Virus record (IMG/VR): IMGVR_UViG_3300027608_000017
DNA length: 20,704 nt
Origin: a virus
Taxonomy: Duplodnaviria > Heunggongvirae > Uroviricota > Caudoviricetes
Reading direction: 5' to 3' (one strand)
Shown here: in pieces, positions 1 through 7,653 of the stretch
How positions within the stretch are numbered: the first letter of the stretch is position 1
How the letters are laid out: each line of letters starts with the position of its first letter
Made by a program: the position numbers and the translations under genes
Notes under the pieces: model-generated
The model's input: only the letters and a program-made list of their open reading frames with translations
Databases searched by the model: none
Told to the model about the DNA's origin: nothing

Positions 1-432
1 GATGTCCGCCACGCTGAAGAAGGCTCCCAGCGAATCCAGCAGTGGCGACATGAACGGTGTCACCTTGGCGTTGAGATCGCCCGGCAGAAACCCGAGGTGA
101 TCGCCACCGCACTGGATGATGGGCCGCGACAGGATTAGGCGTTGCGTCCGGCCTGATGTTAGCTCGCGTGCCGCATAGCCCGCCGCCATGAAACTCTTGC
201 CCGTGCCCGAGCAGCCCAGCCCGAAGACGATCGTGTTTTTGGCCATCGCTTCAAGGTAGGCAACCTGATTCGGCCTCGTCGCCGAGAGGCGTTGCAGCAG
301 AACTGGCTTGAAGTTTCTTTCGGATTCCGGCGCGACAGGAGCGGGAGGAATCTCGCGCGGAGCAGACTTCGTGCGCGGCTTGGCAGCCGCTTTGCGCTGT
401 CGTGAACTCGGCTTCGGCTTGGCGTGGGCCAC
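1..432 (-). CDS. phoH: PhoH-family ATPase, 3' truncated by window edge (144 codons visible; not in ORF track)
   Basis: Manual translation from GTG at 432: MAHAKPKPSSRQRKAAAKPRTK...NQVAYLEAMAKNTIVFGLGCSGTGKSFMAAGYAARELTSGRTQRLILSRPIIQCGGDHLGFLPGDLNAKVTPFMSPLLDSL. Shows a Walker A (GCSGTGKS) and the PhoH signatures LILSRP and LGFLPGDL. AAAGGA lies upstream of the start. Confidence 0.92.
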   Translation of the reverse strand, partial: MAHAKPKPSSRQRKAAAKPRTKSAPREIPPAPVAPESERNFKPVLLQRLSATRPNQVAYLEAMAKNTIVFGLGCSGTGKSFMAAGYAARELTSGRTQRLILSRPIIQCGGDHLGFLPGDLNAKVTPFMSPLLDSLGAFFSVADI

Positions 433-453
433 AGTGTTCCTTTGAGGGAGGGG
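430..453 (-). repeat. 24-nt leader repeat copy 1 (CCCCTCCCTCAAAGGAACACTGTG on minus strand), ending in the phoH start codon
   Basis: 23/24 identical to 901-924. Confidence 0.9.
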
Positions 454-459
454 TAATGT

Positions 460-903
460 CTACGAAACAGCCTGTGCAGTCAGGGTGGGCACTGATTCCG
501 CCAGCAGCGACCGGGCCTCGTCACGCTCAATCATGTCATGCCTCCATGACTCGCTCATCGCAAACGGGACCGAGACCTCAAGCGCGAGCCGAAAGGCGAC
601 TTCTCGTTCGGCTGCATTGAGTCGAGTACGAATCGCGGCGCGAGAGATCATGCAATCTCCATCTAAAACGATCTTCATCCAGAGGATCGTTCCGTGTACG
701 ACGCGAGTGCCACGGACGACCCGATCCGAGAGGAACTTTGACTGCTTCTCTAAATAATCCGATAACCATTCCGCCGACGGTTGTTTTTTTGAGTCAGAAA
801 CATCAAGACTCTCGAAAAACTGAAAAATGTTCCCGATCTTGCCGAGGGTGCAATCGGCCGGAGGCGGCAACTTGGGATCAAACTCTTCATTGGTGTTTAG
901 CAC
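460..903 (-). CDS. Hypothetical protein (147 aa)
   Basis: Co-oriented with phoH, stops 27 nt before the phoH start and has the same 24-nt leader/RBS. No family recognised. Confidence 0.7.
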   Translation of the reverse strand: MLNTNEEFDPKLPPPADCTLGKIGNIFQFFESLDVSDSKKQPSAEWLSDYLEKQSKFLSDRVVRGTRVVHGTILWMKIVLDGDCMISRAAIRTRLNAAEREVAFRLALEVSVPFAMSESWRHDMIERDEARSLLAESVPTLTAQAVS

Positions 904-924
904 AATGTTCCTTTGAGGGAGGGG
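901..924 (-). repeat. 24-nt leader repeat copy 2 (CCCCTCCCTCAAAGGAACATTGTG on minus strand), ending in the start codon of 460..903
   Basis: 23/24 identical to 430-453. Confidence 0.9.
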
Positions 925-1094
925 ACGCTTCGTCTGTCTACGGTTAGCCGTCTAACTCTGATTCGATCATTCGGAATGTGGAGAGCTGCTCCACACTAGG
1001 CCGCACTGGCACGTCCCGTTATTCGCCTGACACCGCTCCCACGGGCCTTGCGTCTTCGCCGCGTGAAGTGCGTGCAGTCGCTGGATATTTAACA

Positions 1095-1316
1095 TCAGCC
1101 TCCCCTAACTGGCAGCCGATCACCCATTCCGCGAAGGCGGCGGGCAATCTCTCGGTTCGCCGCAATCTGGCGATCGTTGTCGCGCGGCGTGTCGCCGGAC
1201 CTCCACTCGCATGATTCCAGATAATCCGCCGCATTCTCACAGGCGTGATACAGATCGGCGAACCACTGGCTGTCTCGCCTGTAGTCAGGCACAGAAGCCT
1301 CACTCGTTTTTTCCAT
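1095..1316 (-). CDS. Small hypothetical phage protein (73 aa)
   Basis: ATG preceded by GAGGTAGGA (SD-like). Protein-like composition (WFADLYHACENAADYLESCEW) and same strand as its neighbours. Confidence 0.5.
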   Translation of the reverse strand: MEKTSEASVPDYRRDSQWFADLYHACENAADYLESCEWRSGDTPRDNDRQIAANREIARRLRGMGDRLPVRGG

Positions 1317-1850
1317 GACAATCCTACCTCAATGTGAAGTTGCCGGTGACGTGTCCGGATGGCTCTTTGCATGGCCTCGACTATCCGTTCCCCATCGTCG
1401 CCGATGGTTGGCGTTTGCATACCGTCCCCTCGGTTGGGCCTGTCTAATTTTCCCGAGTGTCACCGCAGTTACGATTGCGGCTCGTCGCACCCGCTGTCGT
1501 CGCGTCTCGTGCAATCACGGAATTGGTCGCGTCCCAATTCGCCGGTTACGTTCCCACCGGTCTGCAAGCAGGTTTAGTCAGCGTCTTTCCTACGTCGTGG
1601 AGTCATGTTTGATTTAGGGTGATGCCCACTGCTTCGCGTTGTTTACCGACTGGCTCCCGGCGACCCATGTTCCAGTTTCGGTTTCCATCTAACACACTGG
1701 TCCCATCGGGTTTCCTATCCACGCATTCGAGAGCGGCACCCATCCCGCCATGCCATCTTCGCATTGCAATACATGAGTCGCCGAGTCGAACGACGCGGGG
1801 CGGTGAATGAAGCCGCTCCTACACCCACTCACGCCTGACTGTTCTCCAGA

Positions 1851-2141
1851 TCACGCATCACTATTGGCCAGCCGCTGGAAACGCTCCACGGCTTCACGGG
1901 TTGTCAGGACAGTCGCGCCATCGCGGAACCATCCCATGATCGCCAGCTTCCCTGACGACAACTGGATCCCGAACGTGCGCCAGCGGTAGAGAACTTGGCG
2001 CGAGGGACGCATCGCGAACATCCCCGCCGCGTCCTTGAACGAGATCGGGGTCTCACTGAGCGCCTGTTCGAGCGGCATGCGCCCGAGCTTGCGGGGCGGT
2101 ACGGGCTTGGTCGCCGCTGCCTTGACCTTCTTCTTCGCCAC
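1851..2141 (-). CDS. DUF1580-like HTH DNA-binding protein (96 aa; excisionase/MerR-like winged helix)
   Basis: This is the C-terminal part of track ORF 1851..2855; in-frame GTG at 2141 follows AAGGAATCGAGG. The sequence ISFKDAAGMFAMRPSRQVLYRWRTFGIQLSSGKLAIMGWFRDGATVLTTREAVERF fits the pattern I recall for the planctomycete DUF1580 family. Confidence 0.65.
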   Translation of the reverse strand: MAKKKVKAAATKPVPPRKLGRMPLEQALSETPISFKDAAGMFAMRPSRQVLYRWRTFGIQLSSGKLAIMGWFRDGATVLTTREAVERFQRLANSDA

Positions 2142-2187
2142 TCGCGCCTCGATTCCTTGTCGGTAAATAATCAGAACATCCGTGACG

Positions 2188-2216
2188 ATTCTTGCGGTCT
2201 GTCGCGATCGTGTCAA
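2188..2216 (-). promoter_or_regulatory. Candidate sigma70-type promoter for the DUF1580-like gene
   Basis: Minus strand TTGACA (2216-2211), 17-nt spacer, AAGAAT (2193-2188; 4/6 match to TATAAT). Predicted transcription start about 40 nt upstream of the GTG at 2141. Confidence 0.5.
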
Positions 2217-2342
2217 CCCTCGCCTCTCGTCAATACGGTCAACGAACCGCGTCAAGTCGCGTCGGAGTTCGGCGCGGCATCGACAAGGATGGACTTTCTG
2301 GCGGGATTGCTCTCGCCGCCAAGCCACCGAAAGCGAGACGCG

Positions 2343-3653
2343 ATGAAGCTGATCAAAGACATCCTGAAGGCCGCGACATATCGCCCGGATTCGGCTAACC
2401 CCGAGTTCACGGTCGATGTCACGACGGATGTGTTGGATCACTGGTCGCGCACGTTCAGCGACATGAAGACCGCCGAGATCGGCATCCCCGTCCCGTGGGA
2501 GCATCCGCCGCGCGGTGATGAGAACAGCGATCCCCTCGAATGGGCCAACCGCAAGCAGGGCGATCCGCGCAGTAACGCCGGGTGGGTGGACTCGATCTAC
2601 CGCGAAGGCGACACGCTGTTCGCTGTCCTCGATATCGACGACCGCTATGCCGACGACCTGCAAAAGTCCGGCTGCTACGTCTCGCCCAAGTTTGGCGGAA
2701 CGTGGACCGACTCGCTCTCGCGCAAGTGGGAAAACCCGATCCACCACATCGCGCTGACGACGAAGCCCGTGGCGGTCAATCAAAGCCGAACTTTCAGCCC
2801 CGTGGCCTCGCCGGTCTTGGCGTTCTCGCGGGCTATGTGTTTCTCGACCAGCCAATGGTCACAACCGGAGGACGAATCAGTGACACTGACTCCCGAAGAG
2901 GCCATCGACCGCATCCTGCAAAACCCCGACGTTCTGGCGCGCGCCGCTCAAAAGCTCGGCGTGCATGAATTCTCGGCCACGCCCGGCATGGGGATGCCCC
3001 CCGGTATGCCGCAAGGCGAGGACGACGGTTACGGTTACGCCCCCGCGCCAGAACCAGCACCCGAACAGAACGAAGCCCCCGACGCCGTGGCGACCTGTAT
3101 GCAGATCATGCACTCGCTCTCGCAGACGCTCCACGAGGGGATGATGGCAATGGCCAAGCTCCACGGAGTCGATGTGGGCGACAACGACGAAGACGACATG
3201 GCCCCCCCTGCTCCCCCGATGGCTCCTCCGGCTCCCGCCCCGATGGCCAGTCCCGCTGTGGTCTCGATGAGTCGCGATCAGTTGATTGGCAACCCGCTCT
3301 ACGCCGCGCTGGAACACAAGCAAACCAAGATGGAACGGCAGTCACTCGCCGAACGCATCGAGGGGCTGTTTGACACCGGCCGCGCCACGCGCGTCAAGGC
3401 GGATGAGTTGGTGGCCGCCGTCGGTCAGTACGAGTTCAGCCGCCAGAACGACCTGAAAAACGTCCTGCTCCTCGAACGCATCAAGGTCTTGGAAGAGACC
3501 CAGCCCGGCAGCGCGATCCCTTCGGGGAACGAGACCGAGTTCAGCCGTGCCGCGCAGGCCATGAACCATAACTCCGAGTTCCGATCCTCCGAAGAGATGA
3601 CCGATGAGCGGGCCGAGGAAATCCTCGCCATGCACGGCCTTGTTCGTCAGTAG
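2343..3653 (+). CDS. Prohead protease/scaffold fusion, Mu gpI-like (start probably ATG 2343, alternatively 2289)
   Basis: Motifs PVPWEH, NAGWVDSIYREGDTLFAVLDI, YVSPKF and HHIALTTKP follow the Mu-like I protein order. Pro/acidic linker and helical C-terminal scaffold. First gene of the head operon. Confidence 0.8.
   Translation: MKLIKDILKAATYRPDSANPEFTVDVTTDVLDHWSRTFSDMKTAEIGIPVPWEHPPRGDENSDPLEWANRKQGDPRSNAGWVDSIYREGDTLFAVLDIDDRYADDLQKSGCYVSPKFGGTWTDSLSRKWENPIHHIALTTKPVAVNQSRTFSPVASPVLAFSRAMCFSTSQWSQPEDESVTLTPEEAIDRILQNPDVLARAAQKLGVHEFSATPGMGMPPGMPQGEDDGYGYAPAPEPAPEQNEAPDAVATCMQIMHSLSQTLHEGMMAMAKLHGVDVGDNDEDDMAPPAPPMAPPAPAPMASPAVVSMSRDQLIGNPLYAALEHKQTKMERQSLAERIEGLFDTGRATRVKADELVAAVGQYEFSRQNDLKNVLLLERIKVLEETQPGSAIPSGNETEFSRAAQAMNHNSEFRSSEEMTDERAEEILAMHGLVRQ
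2880..3653 (+). CDS. Putative nested in-frame scaffolding protein (257 aa) from an internal GTG
   Basis: GGAGGA (2867-2872) lies 7 nt upstream of in-frame GTG 2880, at the end of the protease domain. Analogous to Mu gpZ within gpI and lambda Nu3 within C. Confidence 0.55.
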   Translation: MTLTPEEAIDRILQNPDVLARAAQKLGVHEFSATPGMGMPPGMPQGEDDGYGYAPAPEPAPEQNEAPDAVATCMQIMHSLSQTLHEGMMAMAKLHGVDVGDNDEDDMAPPAPPMAPPAPAPMASPAVVSMSRDQLIGNPLYAALEHKQTKMERQSLAERIEGLFDTGRATRVKADELVAAVGQYEFSRQNDLKNVLLLERIKVLEETQPGSAIPSGNETEFSRAAQAMNHNSEFRSSEEMTDERAEEILAMHGLVRQ

Positions 3654-3721
3654 GCAATGAAATCGCCTAGACAGTTCCACAAAAAGTCAATTGCCACCCC
3701 GCCCAATCAGGAGTCGTCACA

Positions 3722-4531
3722 ATGTCAGCCATCGGATACGGAAACAGCCTGCCAGGCATCACGGATCGTCGCAACAGCGTGGAGACCGACATTGGTTTCC
3801 AGAGTCGCTTCGGCATGTTCGCGACGTATGACGCCCTTGGCATCATCGCCTCGACCGCACGCGATCCCCTGCACGTCGGTTACGAAATGCAGCTACGTGC
3901 GGGCCTGCTCATGGCCAACATCGCTGGCTCATGGACGCAGTACGACGCGGACGCCAACGACGGCTCCCAGTTCTGTTCGGGTGTGTTGGCTCGCGAAGTC
4001 TTCGTACTCGACCCTTCGACGGGCAACGCAATCTCCAAGCCCGGCCTCATCGCCACCTCGGGCAACCTCAAGGTTTCCGAGAGCCAAGCCTACGGACTCG
4101 ACGCCCGTGCCCGAGCGCAGCTCAAGGCCCAAGGCTTCACGTTCGACGACATGGCCACGTCTCCCGCCGTGTTGGGCCACACCTACGCCGGTGCCAAGTC
4201 GGTGACGGCCGCCACGACCCTGACCTCGGCGGACTACGGTCGCTTGATCGTCTCTGTCGGTGCCGGTGCCCTGACCCACACGCTGCCTGCTCTCGTCAAC
4301 GGAGCCGTGATCGAGATCCTCAACGCCGCTGACCAGAACATGACCGTCTCCAGCGCGGCGACCAACGACATCGTGGCCGTCAACGACCTGTCGGCTTCGA
4401 CCGTCGCCGCCTCGACCACCGCAATGAAGATCGGTGCCCGGTTCCAGTTCGTCGGCACCTACATCGGAGGCACGCTCAAGTGGGTGTTTTCCGATCGGTC
4501 GGCTGGCGCAGTCACCATCACCGTCACCTGA
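3722..4531 (+). CDS. Head decoration protein (gpD/HDPD-like N-terminus) with extra C-terminal beta-rich domain (269 aa)
   Basis: AGGAG RBS. Lies between protease and capsid genes. GLLMANIAGSWTQYDADANDGSQFCSGVL resembles decoration proteins. C-terminal segment TTLTSADYGRLIV..THTLPA..G..I.ILN. Confidence 0.7.
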   Translation: MSAIGYGNSLPGITDRRNSVETDIGFQSRFGMFATYDALGIIASTARDPLHVGYEMQLRAGLLMANIAGSWTQYDADANDGSQFCSGVLAREVFVLDPSTGNAISKPGLIATSGNLKVSESQAYGLDARARAQLKAQGFTFDDMATSPAVLGHTYAGAKSVTAATTLTSADYGRLIVSVGAGALTHTLPALVNGAVIEILNAADQNMTVSSAATNDIVAVNDLSASTVAASTTAMKIGARFQFVGTYIGGTLKWVFSDRSAGAVTITVT

Positions 4532-4601
4532 TTCCCGCCCGAGTGCGACCACACGTTTTCAGAAGATTCAAAACAGTTCTACACAACAAGGAGTTTGAGT
4601 T

Positions 4602-5765
4602 ATGGCCACCGATGCTTCCATCAGCGAGTTGCTGACCACGCTGTACACCGCGAAAGCAATTTCGACGGTGGCCGCGACTTCCTCCCCGATTCTCGGGCTG
4701 TTCGGCTTCAATGGGAACGATCCCAAGTCGGATGGCAAGAACCTCTTGCGTGTCGGCAAACGCAAGAGTGGTTGGGATATCTTCGACGACACCCGCACGG
4801 CCGCGTCGTTCCGTGCGCCAGCGGCTCCCGCCGCGACGGTGGCACGCAATCCGGTCGGTCGGGTCGAGATCGTCTTCCCTCGCATGGCGGAAAAGCTCCC
4901 CCTGCTGCACGACGACCTGAACAACTTCCGCAAGATCGGTGGCGGTTACTCCGACTACGATCCACGCGGGATCGACTACATCACCAAGCAACAGCGGTAT
5001 CTCGGCCAACGGGCCGCGAACTTCCGCCTGTTGATGACCGCTGGCATGATGCGCGGCAACCTGTACGGCCACCAAGTCGGTGACACCACGTACTACGATT
5101 TCGATTCGACGGCAGCCATCAACACGATCAGTTGGCGCATCCCCACCGGGAACACGCTCCAGTTGAACATGACCGGCGACGGGAACATCATCGACGCCAG
5201 TTGGGCCACGGTCGCTTCGACGGACATCCCCCGTCACCTGAGCGCCATCAACGCCGCGTTCGAGTACACCAGCGGCTCGCGTCTCGACGTGGCCGTGATC
5301 AACTCGAAGACGTGGGATTTGATTAAGACCAACACGCTGGTGCAGCGACAAGCCGGTTCCTCGAACCGCGTCTTCAAGGTCGATAAGCGTGATGTCGGCA
5401 TGGGCTTCAACGGCAAGCCGTTGACGAACCGTGTGGGTGAGATCGACGCGGCCAACTTCGTCGAGTTCATCATCACCGATGCCGTGATGGATGTCGGCCC
5501 GCCGCACACGCTGCGACGCGAGAAGCTGATCCCTGACAACTACGCCTGGTTCGGCCCTCAGCCCGACAAAGACCTGATGGAGATGCTCATCGGTTCGGAA
5601 GTCGTCAGCGAAGGCCACGGCAAGGCCCCGAGCGAGAAGTACGGCACCTACGCCTACAGCAAAGAAAACGATGACCCTGCGGTGGTCGAGTTGTACTCCG
5701 GAGACAACGCCTGCCCAGCCCTCTACGTCCCCGCCGCCACGGCTTGGGCGCAAGTGGTGTTCTGA
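4602..5765 (+). CDS. Major capsid protein, lambda gpE-like (Phage_cap_E type; 387 aa)
   Basis: AAGGAG RBS, size and position, strongly biased codon use, gpE-like C-terminus VVELYSGDNACPALYVPAATAWAQV, and a strong terminator directly downstream. Confidence 0.85.
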   Translation: MATDASISELLTTLYTAKAISTVAATSSPILGLFGFNGNDPKSDGKNLLRVGKRKSGWDIFDDTRTAASFRAPAAPAATVARNPVGRVEIVFPRMAEKLPLLHDDLNNFRKIGGGYSDYDPRGIDYITKQQRYLGQRAANFRLLMTAGMMRGNLYGHQVGDTTYYDFDSTAAINTISWRIPTGNTLQLNMTGDGNIIDASWATVASTDIPRHLSAINAAFEYTSGSRLDVAVINSKTWDLIKTNTLVQRQAGSSNRVFKVDKRDVGMGFNGKPLTNRVGEIDAANFVEFIITDAVMDVGPPHTLRREKLIPDNYAWFGPQPDKDLMEMLIGSEVVSEGHGKAPSEKYGTYAYSKENDDPAVVELYSGDNACPALYVPAATAWAQVVF

Positions 5766-5787
5766 TCGGTTTCGCGACTGACAACCC

Positions 5788-5823
5788 CGGCGGGGCGGGT
5801 TCACTCCCGTCCCGCCGTTTTTT
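5788..5823 (+). terminator. Intrinsic terminator after the major capsid gene
   Basis: 12-bp stem CGGCGGGGCGGG / CCCGTCCCGCCG (one G-U pair), 6-nt loop TTCACT, followed by TTTTTT. Confidence 0.85.
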
Positions 5824-5845
5824 ATTACCACACGGGACATCGTTC

Positions 5846-6193
5846 ATGGCGGTCATCATTGGTTCGACGAAGACGATCGACAATCGGGACGACCGCAAGG
5901 AAATCCGGATCGCGCTGGAGAAGTTGCAGCCCGAGGCCCGCATCAAGTTTCTGAAATGGGCCTTGGCCTTGGCTCCCATCAATCTCGGTTCACGGGGTCA
6001 AAACCCCCTGCGAGCGACCGACAAGGGCGACAAGAAAACCAACCCGTTCCCGTGGGGATCGGTCGAGCAAGTCTACTTCGATTTGATGATGGCGATCTCG
6101 CAGTACGCGGTCCCATCGGATGTGGTGGTGATCGAGCTGGAGCGACGAGCCGCTAAGAAACTCGTCGGGCTGTCATCCTTTGACAGCTACTGA
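5846..6193 (+). CDS. Hypothetical protein (115 aa; start moved to ATG 5846)
   Basis: The track start (5744) overlaps the capsid gene and terminator. ATG 5846 is in frame and downstream of the terminator. Confidence 0.7.
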   Translation: MAVIIGSTKTIDNRDDRKEIRIALEKLQPEARIKFLKWALALAPINLGSRGQNPLRATDKGDKKTNPFPWGSVEQVYFDLMMAISQYAVPSDVVVIELERRAAKKLVGLSSFDSY

Positions 6194-6207
6194 AAGGACG
6201 GCCGTTC

Positions 6208-6714
6208 GTGGGGTTCTACAGCACCAACGTCGATGTCAAACGCTACATCAACCTGTGCGCGTTGCCCGCCCTGACCACCGGGGATTTGTCGTCCGTCACG
6301 GTCGATGAAGACCAGATTGAGTTCGCCCGCGAATACGCCTTTGAAGACATCAACGGCTACATCGTCAACCAGTACGACCTGACCACAGCCAACGCGGTCA
6401 AGCCGAACTGGTTGTCGCACACCGAAGCGATTTTCATTTGCGTCTGGATTTTCCGACACAGCGCCAACGGGGCCATCCCGCCGGGCTTGCAACAGTTTTA
6501 TGACGAGCGGCTGATGGCGCTCCAGCAGATATCGCAGGGCCAACGCCAGATACCCGGCCTCTCGGTGCGATCCGATCCCGGTGTCTCGATGTCGAACCTG
6601 CACGTCGATCAACGCTACGACAGCCACAAGATCCGAACCGAGCCGTGGACCAATACGGGCGATCAACGGTCGGTGGTGGTGCGCAACAACAGCACGAACA
6701 TCCCGTTTGAGTAA
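6208..6714 (+). CDS. Head-tail adaptor, Mu gp36/DUF1320-like (168 aa)
   Basis: AFEDINGYIVNQYDL..KPNWL....IF.CVWIFR....P....FYDERLMALQQISQGQRQIPGL matches the gp36-like pattern. Position after the capsid gene fits. Confidence 0.75.
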   Translation: MGFYSTNVDVKRYINLCALPALTTGDLSSVTVDEDQIEFAREYAFEDINGYIVNQYDLTTANAVKPNWLSHTEAIFICVWIFRHSANGAIPPGLQQFYDERLMALQQISQGQRQIPGLSVRSDPGVSMSNLHVDQRYDSHKIRTEPWTNTGDQRSVVVRNNSTNIPFE

Positions 6715-6723
6715 GCACACAAG

Positions 6724-7278
6724 ATGTCAGGAACGCTGGTCCGTGCCGCTGTTCGAGACCTGATTCGCTCCCACTTGGGGATTCAGGATCGGCAGTGCCT
6801 CGTGACCGACAGTCCCGGCAATGCCCCGCCCGATGCGTCTCAGTTGTTCATCGCGATCCATCCGGGCCGCTGGCGACGCTGGGGCGCGTGGAAGCTGGGT
6901 CCGACGTTCGACGAAGAGTTTGCCTGCCGGGTGACGGTGAGCGTCAAGGCGGGGTCGATTCAACCACAGTGGTGGGGCGAGAAGTTCATTCAGAAGGCTT
7001 GCGCGATCTCCAGTTGTGGAGCCGGGATTGAGGCGATCTGCCGCGAGATCGCCACGATGCTCCACGACAACAACGAGTTGGCCTGTGCCCTCAACACTCA
7101 GGTGGGGGACACCCAATTCACCGGCGGTTTGTTTTTTGCCGATGGCGGTGAGGCCGAGTCGAGAACGGCCTCGTGGTGGCGCTGCCCGACCACCAAGGAA
7201 GCCCCGGCCATCGGGTTGTCCCAGACACTGTACTTCGACGGGATACGACGGACTCAAGCATCACAAGAGGCGAACTAA
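6724..7278 (+). CDS. Putative neck/tail completion protein (184 aa)
   Basis: Tightly packed between adaptor and tail genes; function inferred from position only. Confidence 0.55.
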   Translation: MSGTLVRAAVRDLIRSHLGIQDRQCLVTDSPGNAPPDASQLFIAIHPGRWRRWGAWKLGPTFDEEFACRVTVSVKAGSIQPQWWGEKFIQKACAISSCGAGIEAICREIATMLHDNNELACALNTQVGDTQFTGGLFFADGGEAESRTASWWRCPTTKEAPAIGLSQTLYFDGIRRTQASQEAN

Positions 7279-7611
7279 ATGGCCGACGACGCACCCCGCA
7301 AGGTTTCCACACACCTCATCGTCCTCGACGCGAACGGCCCGATTTTCTCGGGCGTCAAACGCTACCGCGTGGCCTGTACCCCGGAATCCAAGCTGCCGGA
7401 ATCGGCGTCCAACGTCGCGTTCCGCAGTGTCATCACCTGTCCACTGTGCCTCGACACGGAAGAGTTCGCGATTCTCGAAGAAGAAATGGATGGCGGTTCC
7501 GCAGCAGATCGAGCCGCCGCCAAGGCGATCAAGGCCAAGGCGGCCGCGAAGGCGGCTGCTGCCAGCCCGGCTCCCGCTCCCGTCGAGAGCGACGCACCGA
7601 GTTCTACCTGA
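7279..7611 (+). CDS. Hypothetical protein with H/C/CxxC motif and Ala/Lys-rich tail (110 aa)
   Basis: ATG abuts the previous TAA. Contains THL..., VACT, ITCPLC and C-terminal AAAKAIKAKAAAKAAAA. Confidence 0.75.
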   Translation: MADDAPRKVSTHLIVLDANGPIFSGVKRYRVACTPESKLPESASNVAFRSVITCPLCLDTEEFAILEEEMDGGSAADRAAAKAIKAKAAAKAAAASPAPAPVESDAPSST

Positions 7612-7653
7612 CCACCAAACACGCCACGCACATCCTGACAAGGAGTCATCATC

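Noticed and set aside
977-995. Hairpin TGTGGAG-agctg-CTCCACA
   Set aside because: No U-tract on either strand, so not called as a terminator.
1520-1540. Hairpin GAATTGG-N7-CCAATTC
   Set aside because: Short isolated stem; no tRNA cloverleaf or known ncRNA could be built around it.
1019-1850. Additional small ORFs (1019..1420, 1329..1514 and 24-47-codon minus-strand frames between 1600 and 1830)
   Set aside because: Conflicting overlaps and no recognisable motifs; some may be real but cannot be supported.
1995-2288. Upstream extension of the protease ORF from 1995
   Set aside because: Overlaps the opposite-strand HTH gene and the regulatory spacer; the sequence is not protein-like.
2142-2855. 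N-terminal 238 aa of track ORF 1851..2855 (-)
   Set aside because: Antisense shadow of the protease gene; only the part from GTG 2141 has an RBS, a promoter and a recognisable family.
4524-5840. 438-aa minus-strand ORF and similar long antisense ORFs (3929..4552, 6187..6720, 7782..8309, 13789..14478, 16927..17538)
   Set aside because: They mirror well-supported plus-strand genes; GC-rich codon bias routinely leaves antisense frames open.
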